Shown: positions 39,101 through 50,629 of the stretch, piece by piece | Numbering within the stretch: position 1 is the first letter of the stretch | Layout of the letters: every line of letters starts with the position of its first letter | NCBI GenBank assembly: GCA_964106915.2 | Contig: OZ066929.1 | DNA from: Podarcis gaigeae | Taxonomy: Eukaryota | Length of the DNA stretch: 64,000 bases | Strand: one strand, 5' to 3' | Translations under genes and position numbers: made by a program | The notes under the pieces: generated by a model | Seen by the model: only the letters and a program-made list of their open reading frames with translations | What the model was told of the DNA's origin: nothing | Databases searched by the model: none

Positions 39101-42100
39101 TCAGGTAAAGCTCAGGATGTCTGTCTCGCCAGCCTGTGATGGGGGATTGGAGGGAGGGCTTGCAACCTTCTTGCCCTCAGCCAGAGCCTTGAAATGCTGC
39201 AGGAGAGAGAAGGGGGCAGGGAGAACACCATCATTTTAGGCAGCTCTAGGGCAAGGCCGCTCCAGGTGAGGCTGGGGAAAAGACTCAGGGAGCAATCCAT
39301 TCAGCAGTGCCCCCACATGCACATGCACATGGACATCAGACCAGAGCTGCTGCTCTTCAGATCCTTGTGTCTCCTACCTGTGAATTTTTGAATTCTGAGT
39401 AGAGGGAGAAAAGGGTGTGCAGGGACTGGATATGGCCTTTGTAGACAGGAATGTCCAGAATAGCTGAAGAGAAAAAATAATGGCTATTTAGTCTGATTCC
39501 AACAAGCAAGGAGACACTTGCTGGGTGGTGCATAGCTGAGGGGCATTTTGAGAAGAGGCCAAGTCCAACACTGACTGGAGCAGATCTCTACCCCTAAAAG
39601 GCTTGGCATAGGTGAGCACCACATCAGCAAAAGGGCACTCACCACATATCATGTCTGTGTATTCTGCCAGGCTGCAGTTAATATCTGCAGTGGGAAGGCT
39701 CACCTGAAAAACAGAGAGGGAAAGGTTAGCTCAGTACTCTCTTTCCCTGCATTGAATCTCTTTAGAGGCCCACAAGCTTCTCCCTCCTGCTGAAAATCCC
39801 CCTCTCTTAGGCCAGGCCAAAACTAGAAGTTGGAGAGGGGGACAGTTGGCAGACACTACCTTTCCCAGCAGCTCTTCAAACTCAGGGGACCACTCCTGCA
39901 TCAGCGTGTCTATATCAGGCATGGGCCTACAAGGAGGAAATACCAGAGAGCAGCTTAAAATGGCCATGGTTCCTCCACCCAGAGGGTGCATTTGCAGAGT
40001 GGCTTTCTTCCTCCACCCCCAGCACATAGCAAAGGTGGGGCTGAGTGCTGGCAGGCCTTGCCCTTGCCCTTGTACTCATCCCTCCCTCAAAGACGCCCAC
40101 CTAGCATAGTGGACTGTAGCTGGGGGCTTGCAGCGATGCAGCTCACTGATGCTCTCAATCCAGCTCTCAATGGCTTTGGGATTCTTCTCAGCATTCTCCA
40201 GGCTCTTCACTTTAATCTGCTGTTGGAAACAGAGACCATAACATGCCCCAATGTGCCTCCTCATCAGAGCCAAGGGCTGCCTTGCATCCAAGAGGAGTCG
40301 CTTCACCCCCCACCCTGTCCCTCACTTACGGCCACATTGTGCTGCTTAGAGTTTTCCGTTAACCAGAGGGAGAGAACAGTGGGGTCGGACTGCTTAGTCG
40401 ATGGCTCATCCAGCACCAGCAATCCAAGATTATCTGGCTTCCCATCAGGGCGTGGAACCTATGAGAAACAAGCCAGGGTGTCCTTTGCACGTGAGAGTTT
40501 CCATTATTATATTCTTCATGTACACACCCAGGTACAAGACCAGTCAAGAGAGTTTCTGCTGGGAATGCTCAATCACTATAGCAAACAAAATGTGGCCCTG
40601 CCTGCTAAGAAAGCCAAGGATCTGAAAGAAACCTTTGCTGCCCTGTCACACCAAAGGCCCCTCTAGTTCATCATTTGGTCCTCTCAGTGGCCAAGCAGAT
40701 GCTCAGTGGGAAAGCCATAAGCATCACTTGAGGGCAACAAAAATTCTTCCCACTTATCTACAAGGATTCTGCAAAGCAGCTAACCTTTCAGCACTGTTGA
40801 ATGTGGGTATGGAGACAAAGCATTGACAGTGCTGCCCTGTTGCACCTCCATAGAGAGGCGACAGTTCTCTATGGACATCGCAGGGAAAGAGTCCTGCGTG
40901 GCAGTTCTCAGCCAAGTGCATGTAAAGGAGTGTCAGAATGAATGTAATACCTTTAAGAATGCATCAATGTCCCCAACAGCTGGAATGAAGTCTGGAATGA
41001 AAGGTTTCAGCTTGTGCTCCAGGTCAATCATTTGTGAAGAATACCTGAGGAGCAGACACCGTGAGCAGAAGCCTGAAAAGAGACATGCCTGCCCACAATG
41101 CAGCCAAGATCCACATTACAACTTACCTCCGGATGTACTGGAAAAGCTCCTTGATCTCCAGGGAGACTGGCAGGTAGTCATAATCTGCTGAGTTGTATGC
41201 CCTGGGGAAAGAGTCAGTGATGAGGCTGGGCAGGAGGCAATGGAAATAGGATGTGTTCAAATGCAGCGTGAGGGAGAGTCTGACTCCAAGGAGAGACAAA
41301 GAAAAGCCAGCTTACATTCTCACTCTCCCCCATCCACCCCACCACCCTTAAACAAGACTGCCACCCCTACAGGCGAAATATATTTCCTCCTGAAGCAAAT
41401 AGCACCTTCCAAAAGACCACATTGGGGAAGGTTTACATTCTTCCACACCTGCTGCAATCTCAGCAACTGCATTATTCTCACACTCCATTTTTTAAGTTGC
41501 ATACAGATACACATTTAATGTAGCACAAAGTTTAGTAGGGGTGGGGGCTGCCAAAAACAGCAAACAGACTGACTGGTCTAGCTAAGCCACTATATTCCTG
41601 GGACACGTGATCTGCTTGGACATTCAACTATCTTCTACCTGGCTGCTATATTCATAGGCGCCGACTCCATGGGGCCTGAGGGGGCCCAAGCCCCCTCAAA
41701 AATTCGTTTGGGGGAGCTCTGCCCCCCCCAATAATTTAAGAAAATTATTAGTTATATTATGCTTTGTAAAATCACAAAATTATGTTGCTATTTTTTATTT
41801 TCCTTGTTTGACGATAGTTACCTTTTAAAATACATTCAGTAATGAGTTAAAACAAAGCCACTCCTGATCTAGAGAGGGGGTGGGGTTGCGGGCTCTCGAC
41901 CCATCAACAATCTTGCGGGGGGGGGGGGGCTGGCGTCAGCCCCGGGAGAAGCGGGGATTCCCCCTAGCTCATTAATATTCACCGCCCACGGCGGCAGCCA
42001 ATCGGCTGCCGCAAAGGGCGGGCCCTCACAGGTTCACTTAAGGTCGGGGCAGCCCAGGGCTCGCCCCTTTCGTTCCCCCAGCAGCAGCAGTTTGGAGGTC

Positions 42101-43441
42101 TTGGGTCCCCAATATTTTTTATAAGTTGGTATGGGCCCCCGCCCCCCAATATTTTTTATAAGTCGGCGCCCCTGGCTATATTACAGAACAGGTGGGATAT
42201 CGGTGGCCTTTCAGAGGATGCCGGACTCTAATTCCAATCAGCCCCAGCTGCCAGTGTGGTTAATGGTCAAGTATAATGGGCGTTGTAGTTCAGCATCATC
42301 TGGAGATCCAGAGGTTCCCCAACCCAATATTATGGACTGCTATCCTACCCAAATGTCAGTATATGGGGACCTTTGGAAGCCAGCAAAGCCTCACTTAAAA
42401 GGTGTGACTTCAATGCTTGAAAGAACTGTCTTTGCTATCACACAGGAACCTTCTCAACTTTCCAACTGGCCTATGCCGGGAGTGTGTGGGTGAAAGAGGC
42501 TGAAGGCCAAGGAAGGCTCCAGGACTTGTTTTTGCTCACTGGATTCTTGGCGGAGTTAGGCATCCCTTGCCCCACCAAAATCAACTGACTTAGGAAAGCA
42601 TGTTCCTGGGCAGTCTAGCCTTCAAGGCTGGCACACACCATGCCTATTGGAAACAAGGGCATGATTGCATGTAAGCTTACTAACAAGTAGCAAATATATT
42701 GGCAGCCAAGCACATGCCCTTCCTAGCCAACTTCCCCCTCCCCACATGGCAAATACCCCTCCAGAGGAGCGCCGTGCTCTTCATCATCGTCATCGTCATC
42801 AGAATCAGTTTCTGAAGAGTCGTCATCCTCGTCTTCTACCTCGTTCCCACTGAAACGAGGCTGGGAGGCCAGTTGGGAGGCCTTCTTCTCCTGGGGGAGA
42901 GGAGAAAGCAAAGGAGTGGGAGCCAACTCGGCCCTCAAGCGGCCCCATCACCACCACGACCCCAGCCCACTACTTCCTTGACCCTCCAGGCAAGAAACGG
43001 GGGCGTGGGGGTGGAGGCTGCTGTTCAGTGGGTACCTTGAGTATCTCCTCGTCGTCCTCCTCGCTGCTGTTTTCGGCCAGGCTCTTGTGCTGGGAGCGGA
43101 CGCGGCGAGGGCCTGAGACGGTGACAGGAGAGAAGGGCCGAGTCAGAGGCGGAGGGGGCGCCCCCCCGACCGTGTGCGCTACCCCCGTTGTCCCAGCCCC
43201 CCATACCTGCCTGCGGAGGACTGGGCGCGTAGATGCTGGCCACGTCCTCCGTCTCGTTGACGTCCAGGCTCTCATCGTAAGGCTGGTTCTCCACGATCCG
43301 CGTCTACGAGATGGGGAGAGAAACGGGACGTGAGCCGGATCGCCCTGAGCACCCACCCACCCAGGCCGCGAAAGGCCCTCCCTCCCTCACCTGTAGGCCG
43401 GCCTCAGGCGGCGCTGCGGGAGGCGGCGGCGCACCCGCCAT
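39101..43441 (-). CDS. IFT46: Intraflagellar transport protein 46 homolog (361 aa)
   Basis: Minus-strand exons 43441-43391, 43303-43207, 43112-43036, 42890-42757, 41201-41127, 41044-40951 (LKPFIPDFIPAVGDIDAFLK), 40458-40330, 40219-40101, 39926-39860 (PMPDIDTLMQEW), 39703-39643, 39463-39378 and 39196-39101. The exons sum to 1086 nt in frame. The first exon is less certain than the rest. ATTAAA on the minus strand at 38881-38876. Confidence 0.93.
41653..42174. mobile_element. Non-autonomous hAT element in IFT46 intron 4
   Basis: TIRs CATAGGCGCCGACT / AGTCGGCGCCCCTG. Perfect 8-bp TSD GCTATATT at 41645-41652 and 42175-42182. Duplicated subterminal ccccaatattttttataagt. Confidence 0.88.
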
Positions 43442-43856
43442 ATCGCCAAATAGGACCAAGTTTTCCCCGCGAGCGAGCGAGGCCTAAGCGGCCCCGTCTC
43501 CAGGGAGACGGGAGACGAGGCCCTCGCGAGAACTCGCCTTCCTCCCGCTAGAGTGACCAAGGAGCGAGCGAGGGGCTGCAGCGGCCCCTACTGGCAGGGA
43601 GGCCGGCGGCGGCGCTGCCACCGGCGAATGGGCTCGGGTGGGCGGGGCCTGGCGGACACTCGTTGCGGCGAGGGGCGTGGCGGCGTGCCCTCTGCGTGCG
43701 TGACGCCGCCGCTTCCGCCTGGGAGACGTGGCTCGGGGCCGCCATCTTGTGTGGCAGGCAGAAGGAGCGGAGAGGCGCTCGGGCCCGGAGGGGAGAGAAA
43801 GAAACGGAGACGCTGCCGCCGCTGCTGCTGCTGCCATCTTCGCCGTCACCTTCGCC
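43442..43856. promoter_or_regulatory. Bidirectional CpG-island promoter shared by IFT46 (-) and ARCN1 (+)
   Basis: Only 415 bp separate the divergent ATGs. Contains an X-box-like GTCTCCAGGGAGAC (43496-43509), CTCGCGAGA (43523-43531), a GC box, GACGTGG, and YY1-type GCCATCTT twice (~43741, ~43833). Confidence 0.85.
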
Positions 43857-46800
43857 ATGGTGAGTGTCCGGCCGGGGCCTACCGCTGCCCTCCGCGGTCA
43901 GCGGCTGCCACTGGGGGAGGAGGGGGGTGTCGGCGGGGCCTGCTCGATCCCGTTGGCCTCCATGGGGCTCCTCCTTCTCCGGCCACCCTTGTGAGCAGCG
44001 GGCACTCTGCCCTGGGTGCTCCTCAGTCGTCCGTTGCCAGCTGCCTGGCCGCCTCCCAAGACACCGCGGGCGAAGCGCTGCTTCCCGGGGCGAAGGGGGC
44101 GTCTTTCCGAGGCCGAAGGTGGAGGAGGGCCTGTGGAAGCCCCTCCGGAGCCTGCCTGCTTTTCAAGGGCCTCCGCCTGCGCCACCCAAACACCTCCCTC
44201 CGTGAGCCCGTGGCTGCAGGTGGAAGGTAACGTGTCACAAGAGGCAGCCTTGAGGCTGTCGCGATGATAGTACTTACAAGCTGGGACTGAGAAAGGCGAC
44301 CTGCAACTGGTAGGCACAGAAATCTTGCAACTGCACTTTTCACTTGCTCCACACAAAAAACCACCAGGTTTTCCACTGGTAGGGAAATTAGACTTGGGGA
44401 GAGAGGAGGGTAAAAACAGCCACCAGTGAGTTTGCTGGTGTCAAAATGTTTCACGGTTTGCAAAAGCCTGTGTCAAACGCCAGGAGTTGCGGAGTATTTG
44501 TGGAAAACGTCAGCTGGGCCAAGGATGAAGCAGCAGGGTTCTTTTTTTGTGCAAATCATGTTGCAAAACTAGTTTAGAACAAAAGGTTGGGGCAAGTTGA
44601 AATTTGGCTTCTGTCAGCTCTACAGTGAATTTTGGATTGGATAATATAGAAAATTTCTCCATTTAAGTCAAGCAGATGGATTATTGCATTGCCTGCTAAA
44701 TTTACATATATATTTTTAATTGTGAGTTATTTGGGCATGATTTGCAAATCCTTGGCAATTTCAGATTTTTTAACTTTATGCCATGGTTTTCACAGGCCAG
44801 CTGATTTGGATCTCCTTAAGACAAACCTTTGACTTTTGAGATGTTATAATTCAGCACAATGGTGGCTCTTCACACAACAGCTTTCTGAGGTTGGTTAGGC
44901 TGAGTGATATTGGTCTGACCAAAGCTATGTTGTGGCAGTGAATTAAACGTGGCTCTTCAGCACCAAAGTTCAGGCAGAGGCCTCCTTGAGTTATAGGAAG
45001 AAGGTGACAGGCTTTGTGTGAACCTTTGCCCCTTACTCATAAGGCAGGAAAGGAAGGATGGCTATTAGGCACAGTTCCTGTGTATTACCTCCATCTGCTT
45101 ACCAGTTGTCAGTAGGGCTGAGTAATACCTAGTTTTCAACATCACGGTATATCACCAGCTAAGCATCACGATATACCGATCTATCATGTATGAAATAAGG
45201 ATGGAATTACTATGTAGCAGCATTTGCTGGCTTCACAGTTTTTCCTGCATCATGATTTTTGCCGGCAAGAGCTGAGCTGGCAGAGTTAACGGGGACTGCA
45301 GGAATCGAGAGTAGCTTTGGCTGACTTCATGGTTTTTCCCACATTGTGATTTTTGCAAAGTACACACACACACACATCATGATTCGTGATATATTGCCAG
45401 GTCAAAAATTATGAAAACAACATCACGATGTGGACTTCAAACCACTGTTGCATGATATATTGATATACCGCCCAGCCCTAATCACAAGGCCCTGTTCCAG
45501 TCTTCACATAGGTATTTGGCTGACCACTGATTCAACTGAAAGGCTCTTATTTCTTCTATGTAGTTATGAGGCTGACAAAAGCTCTTGTCTCCACAGGTGC
45601 TCTTGGCAGCTGCCGTCTGTACGAAAGCCGGAAAGGCGATCGTCTCACGCCAGTTTGTAGAGATGACACGGACCCGCATTGAGGGGCTGCTGGCAGCCTT
45701 CCCCAAGCTCATGAACACAGGGAAGCAGCACACATTCGTAGAGACAGAGAGCGTCCGCTACGTCTACCAGCCCATGGAGAAACTCTACATGGTCCTGATC
45801 ACCACAAAAAACAGCAACATCCTGGAGGACCTTGAAACTCTCCGGCTTTTCTCTAGAGTGGTGAGGATCTTGCTTTAAGCTGCCTGGCTTGCAAAATACC
45901 CAGGGGGAGGGAGGGTTTGCACATGGAGCAGCTGTCCTATGGAGCTTGCTTTTTCCTTGGGTTGCATTGCTGTGTTTACTTATTTGATACTGGAATTGGA
46001 AAGTGAAGAGCTGATCCACCTGATCACATTAGGATAAGTGTGGGGTGCTAGCTGGGAGAATGTTTGCCCTTGAAACAGGCTCCTGGACCAATGAGGTTCA
46101 GCTAAAGGTGTAGAGGCTTTGGGAACTTTGCAAGTCTAGGAAGATGTGTGGAGTGGGTTTTGGCCACGGTTGCCTTGCCTCATTAGAATGCCATTTTTCC
46201 CGACTCCTTCCAGATCCCAGAATACTGTCGAGCCCTGGAGGAGACTGAGATCTCTGAGCACTGCTTTGATCTGATATTTGCCTTTGATGAGATTGTTGCC
46301 CTTGGCTACCGGGAAAACGTCAACCTGGCCCAGATCCGCACTTTTACTGAGATGGACTCTCATGAGGAGAAAGTCTTCAGAGCTGTCCGTGAGGTAGGCC
46401 AAAAGCTTTCTGTGGCCTCCAGGCCCAGTACTCTGGTGCATTTGGTCCAGGCCATCAATTCCTTTCTTGTCCTCTTCTTCTCATTTGTATATATAGACTC
46501 AGGAGCGGGAGGCCAAGGCAGAGATGCGTCGGAAAGCCAAGGAACTGCAGCAAGCTCGAAGGGATGCTGAGCGCCGGGGCACCAAAGCACCAGGGTTTGG
46601 TGGTTTTGGAAGCTCTGCCATGTCAGGAGGCAGCACAGCTGCCATGATTACCGAAACCATCATTGAGACGGAGCGACCAAAAGTGACTCCAGCACCTACC
46701 AGGTATAAAGGTTGGGCAAGAAGCAGGTGAGGGCTTGTGGACCTCTTGTTGCCATGAGTGGCCACCTTCATAAGTGGGAGAGTTCTGGGTCTTTTTGAGA

Positions 46801-49800
46801 CTGTCGATGGTGCTCCAATCTGGATCCTCTGGGTTTCTTCAACTGTTCTTGTGGAGGGCTGCTTTGGTGTCTCCCAAGTAGCTGAATGACATGTTTGCTC
46901 TCTGGTGGCTATACTGTACATAAGATCCGTGTGTGTTTCCTTCCTGAGAGGGCAACTTTAGAGCATGAGGATAAGGGGAAGGCTGTAGCAGCACTGCCAC
47001 TATGAATCTCAGACACTCTCTGGGTTCTTTCTTTGGAGAAAGGATGCCTCAAAAACTTCTGCACTGCTTTTTGTTTCTTAGGCCATCTGGTTCAAACAAG
47101 GCACTCAAGCTTGGCGCAAAAGGGAAGGAAGTGGACAATTTTGTGGACAAGCTAAATTCTGAAGGAGAAAACATTGTCACTTTGGTTGGCAAGCGATCCT
47201 CAGAAGCAGCCACTGTTCTAGCTCCACCCATCAACATGGAAAGGTAGGTTTTTGTGTTCTGCAGTGGAAGAAGACAGTGAAACTGTGGCTGGGATTCAGA
47301 GTGGTTTCCTAGACCACCTGGTATCATCAACCTTAACCTTCCTTTTGGGGGGTGGCTTTCTTGGGAGTTGACAGAATTTGGGGCAGGTGCCCAGAGTGTG
47401 TCCCAATGAGGAGTGAGAGATATCTCTTTGAGGTATAAGTCCTGCACATAACACGGTGTGGGGGAGGGGGGGTTGATCCAGTCACTACCCTGAGCCACAG
47501 GGATTGGAGGGAATGATGTTGGGGTTGGAGAGGGGAACAGGTTAAAGGATGGGAAATGCAAGCAGCTCATCTAGTCTAGCAAAGCCTGGGGAGATTCACT
47601 CTTGGAAGGAGGGCCATTCCAGTGGGAGCAAAACCTCCACATCCTGTTTGGGCCCGCCTACTTTTGCCAAAGGAAAGGCAGTGCAGAGCAATGCATGGGG
47701 GTGATTCAGGCTTTCTCTTCTCTAGTGTGCACATGAAAATAGAGGAGAAGATCTCACTCACCTGCGGCCGGGATGGAGGGCTGCAGAACATGGAGCTCCA
47801 CGGCATGATCATGCTGCGGATCCTGGATGAAAAGTTTTCCCGGATTCGCATCCACGTTGAGAACGAGGACAAGAAAGGGGTGCAGCTCCAGGTATGGCTG
47901 GCCTTGCTGCTCCTACTGCCGCCTGTGCAGGTGGAAAGGTGCTGTCCGTGATACAAGTTGTGGGGATTAATTGAGCTCCATGGGTGGGGTGGAGGGCATC
48001 CTTATTTAGAGTTCTGCTGCACTTGATTCTGATGTTAGCAGTACTCCAAGGTCTGTCTTTGAGGGGAGAATTTGATGGCGAGTATAAAGCCAGTAGGAGC
48101 TAAAGAGCATTAGGTTTGGAATAGGGCTGAAGATTTAAGTCAAAAACATGTGTGATGGGTTAAACAGGGCAGGGGTAGAACTAGACACTGAGAGTGCAAG
48201 AGCAAATTTCTGAAAACATAGAAACCAACAATTAAAAAATCTTGAGTAATGTTAGTATTAGAGACTGGCTAGGAAGGTGGCTAAACCTTTGGTTGACAAG
48301 GGAGTCAAATGTGTGTTGAAGAGAAGGGAGTTACCAAAGAAGCTGAATTAATTCTATGTACCAGCCTTCACAGTGGAATATATTGGGTAAATCTCTGTGC
48401 CCCAACTAACTTTCACAGGATGGGAGTCTGAGGAACTGAGGTAAACAATGGTGACAATACAGAAAAAAATTGTATATTCTTATGGTAGGCTTTGGCTACG
48501 AATGATTCACTATTCTTGCTTAAGGAGCTTCCCAGCCTGCCTATGCTGTGCATGGGCAATGCTTTCTAGATTTGAGTGGCAGGCTAGTGTGCTAATCTAG
48601 TGAAAGTCTTACAGAATTTGGAGCATGGCACGGTTAATTTTTGGATCTACAGATGAATCTTACCAGTTTTTTCTTTTCAGACTCACCCCAATGTTGACAA
48701 GAAGCTTTTTACGACAGAGTCCTTGATTGGCCTGAAGAACCCAGAGAAGTCTTTCCCCATAAATAGTGATGTGGGAGTCCTGAAGTGGCGACTGCAGACC
48801 ACAGAGGAGTCATTCATTCCACTGACAAGTAAGTGTGAGCACATCTGGTTGGGCGTTGAGGAGGGGCTGATGGACATAACACTCCCATTAGCCTAGAACC
48901 AGGCACAGCTCCCTTGGTTCAGTAGACATTCCTCCTGTCCCTGTTCAGGAGAGCCCATTGCTGCTGGCAGAAGGTCATGTGATGAGCAGGGGTGCTTTTT
49001 GTGTCTTAGTTAACTGCTGGCCATCAGAGAGCGGGAGTGGCTGTGATGTCAACATTGAGTATGAGCTGCAAGAGGAGAACCTGGAGTTAAATGACGTGGT
49101 GATCGCCATCCCTTTGCCGTGAGTACCCATTGCACCTCCTGATCCCCAATTCACCCACCAGCTGCAAGGTCAGCCTTGATGCAAGGGAGTTGAGTGGTCA
49201 CTCGTTGCTGCTTCTGTAGGTCCAACGTGGGTGCTCCTGTGATTGGGGAGATTGATGGCGAGTATCGCCACGACAGCCGGAGAAACATCCTCGAGTGGTG
49301 CCTGCCTGTGATCGATGCCAAAAACAAGAGCGGCAGCCTGGAGTTCAGCATCAACGGGCAGCCAAATGACTTCTTTCCTGTGCACGTCTCCTTCGTCTCC
49401 AAGAAGAACTACTGCAACATCCAGGTGAGTCTGGGAAGTGCCTCGAGTGGAGGCTGTGGTCCTGTTTGCTGCCTGCTTCTATTTTGGAAAATACCCTGGC
49501 TTTCCATATGGCCCACAATCATGCTCTCCATCTGGCAAGTGTGATGAGCAATCGGCTTTCCTTTCCAACGTTGAAAATGCTGAGGTGGGAAAAGGATCTT
49601 CCTGGCAGTGGTATAGCTCCCAAGGGGGTAGGGGGCTGCCTGTCAATTGTGTGCTAAGGCACCCAGAACAGCTGGCAAGCCACACCCTTCCCCCTGTACC
49701 TGCACATACACACAAACACTGTCTAGGACAGGAACGTGGGTGGCGAAGCATAAGCTTTTTAACTGGAAGTGAATACGGGTCTTCTGCATGCAATGGGCTT

Positions 49801-50629
49801 CCCTTGAGGTGTGTCCTATTTGGCACCATGACTTCGTGTGTAAAGGACACATTGGTGTAGATTGTCCTTGTTCCTTTATAGGCTAATAATGTTTCCTCAA
49901 AGTGTCTCCTTCACTTTGGGAGGTGAAGTGTGCAAGGGAGAGGCACAGCTCAGCATACCTTGAGAGTTGTTTTGGTCTCATAGCATGTGCAGTGGTACCT
50001 TGGTTCCCAAACTTAATCCATTTCTGAAGTCCGTTCCAAAACCAAAGCATTCCAAAACCAAGGCACGCTTTCCCATAGAAAGTAATGCAAAATGGATTAA
50101 TCCATTCCAGACTTTTAAAAACAACCCCTAAAGCAGCAATTTAACATGAATTTTACTATCAAATGAGACCATTGATCTATAAAATGAAAGCAATAAACAG
50201 TGTACTGCAATCACACAATCAAACTGTAGCTGAACTGGGTTCCACACAGTCACACAAAAAAAGAGCCACAAAACCTAGCAAAAACAGACAGACCTCAGCG
50301 TAACAACAAGTGTGGCACTCAATTCAGAAGCGTAATGCTCAAAACGGAGCACGTTCGCCTTTTGAAAAAAGTTCGCAAACCAGTACACTTATTTCCAGGT
50401 TTGCAGAGTTTGGGTTCCAAGTTGTTTGAGTACCAAGGTGTTCGAGAACCAAGGTACCACTGTACTACAAGAGCAATTTGGTCCAAGACCAGTAGCAGGC
50501 TATTTCATCTTGACTGACCATATGGCTTCCTCTCTGCAGGTTACCAAAGTGACCCAGGTAGATGGGAACAGTCCTGTGAGATTCTCCACAGAGACCACCT
50601 TCCTCGTGGACAAGTATGAGATCCTGTAA
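43857..50629 (+). CDS. ARCN1: Coatomer subunit delta (archain 1, 510 aa)
   Basis: Exons 43857-43859 (ATG only, gccATG|gtgagt), 45597-45860 ([20 protein letters not shown]), 46214-46393, 46497-46702, 47082-47243, 47726-47891, 48681-48828, 49010-49118, 49220-49424 and 50540-50629 (FLVDKYEIL*). The exons sum to 1533 nt. AATAAA at 51614-51619. Confidence 0.97.
45113..45480. mobile_element. Older DNA transposon remnant (hAT/Tip100-like) in ARCN1 intron 1
   Basis: Ends TAGGGCTG / CAGCCCTA with repeated cgatat-type subterminal motifs. TSD not recognisable. Confidence 0.6.
49990..50462. mobile_element. Tc1/mariner-pogo (Tigger-like) MITE in ARCN1 intron 9
   Basis: TIR CAGTGGTACCTTGGTTC at both ends. 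TA on the right, TG (mutated) on the left. Confidence 0.82.

Noticed and set aside
43553-44463. Overlapping 110-225-aa ORFs at the ARCN1 5' end
   Set aside because: CpG-island artefacts. The real first coding exon is the ATG at 43857-43859.
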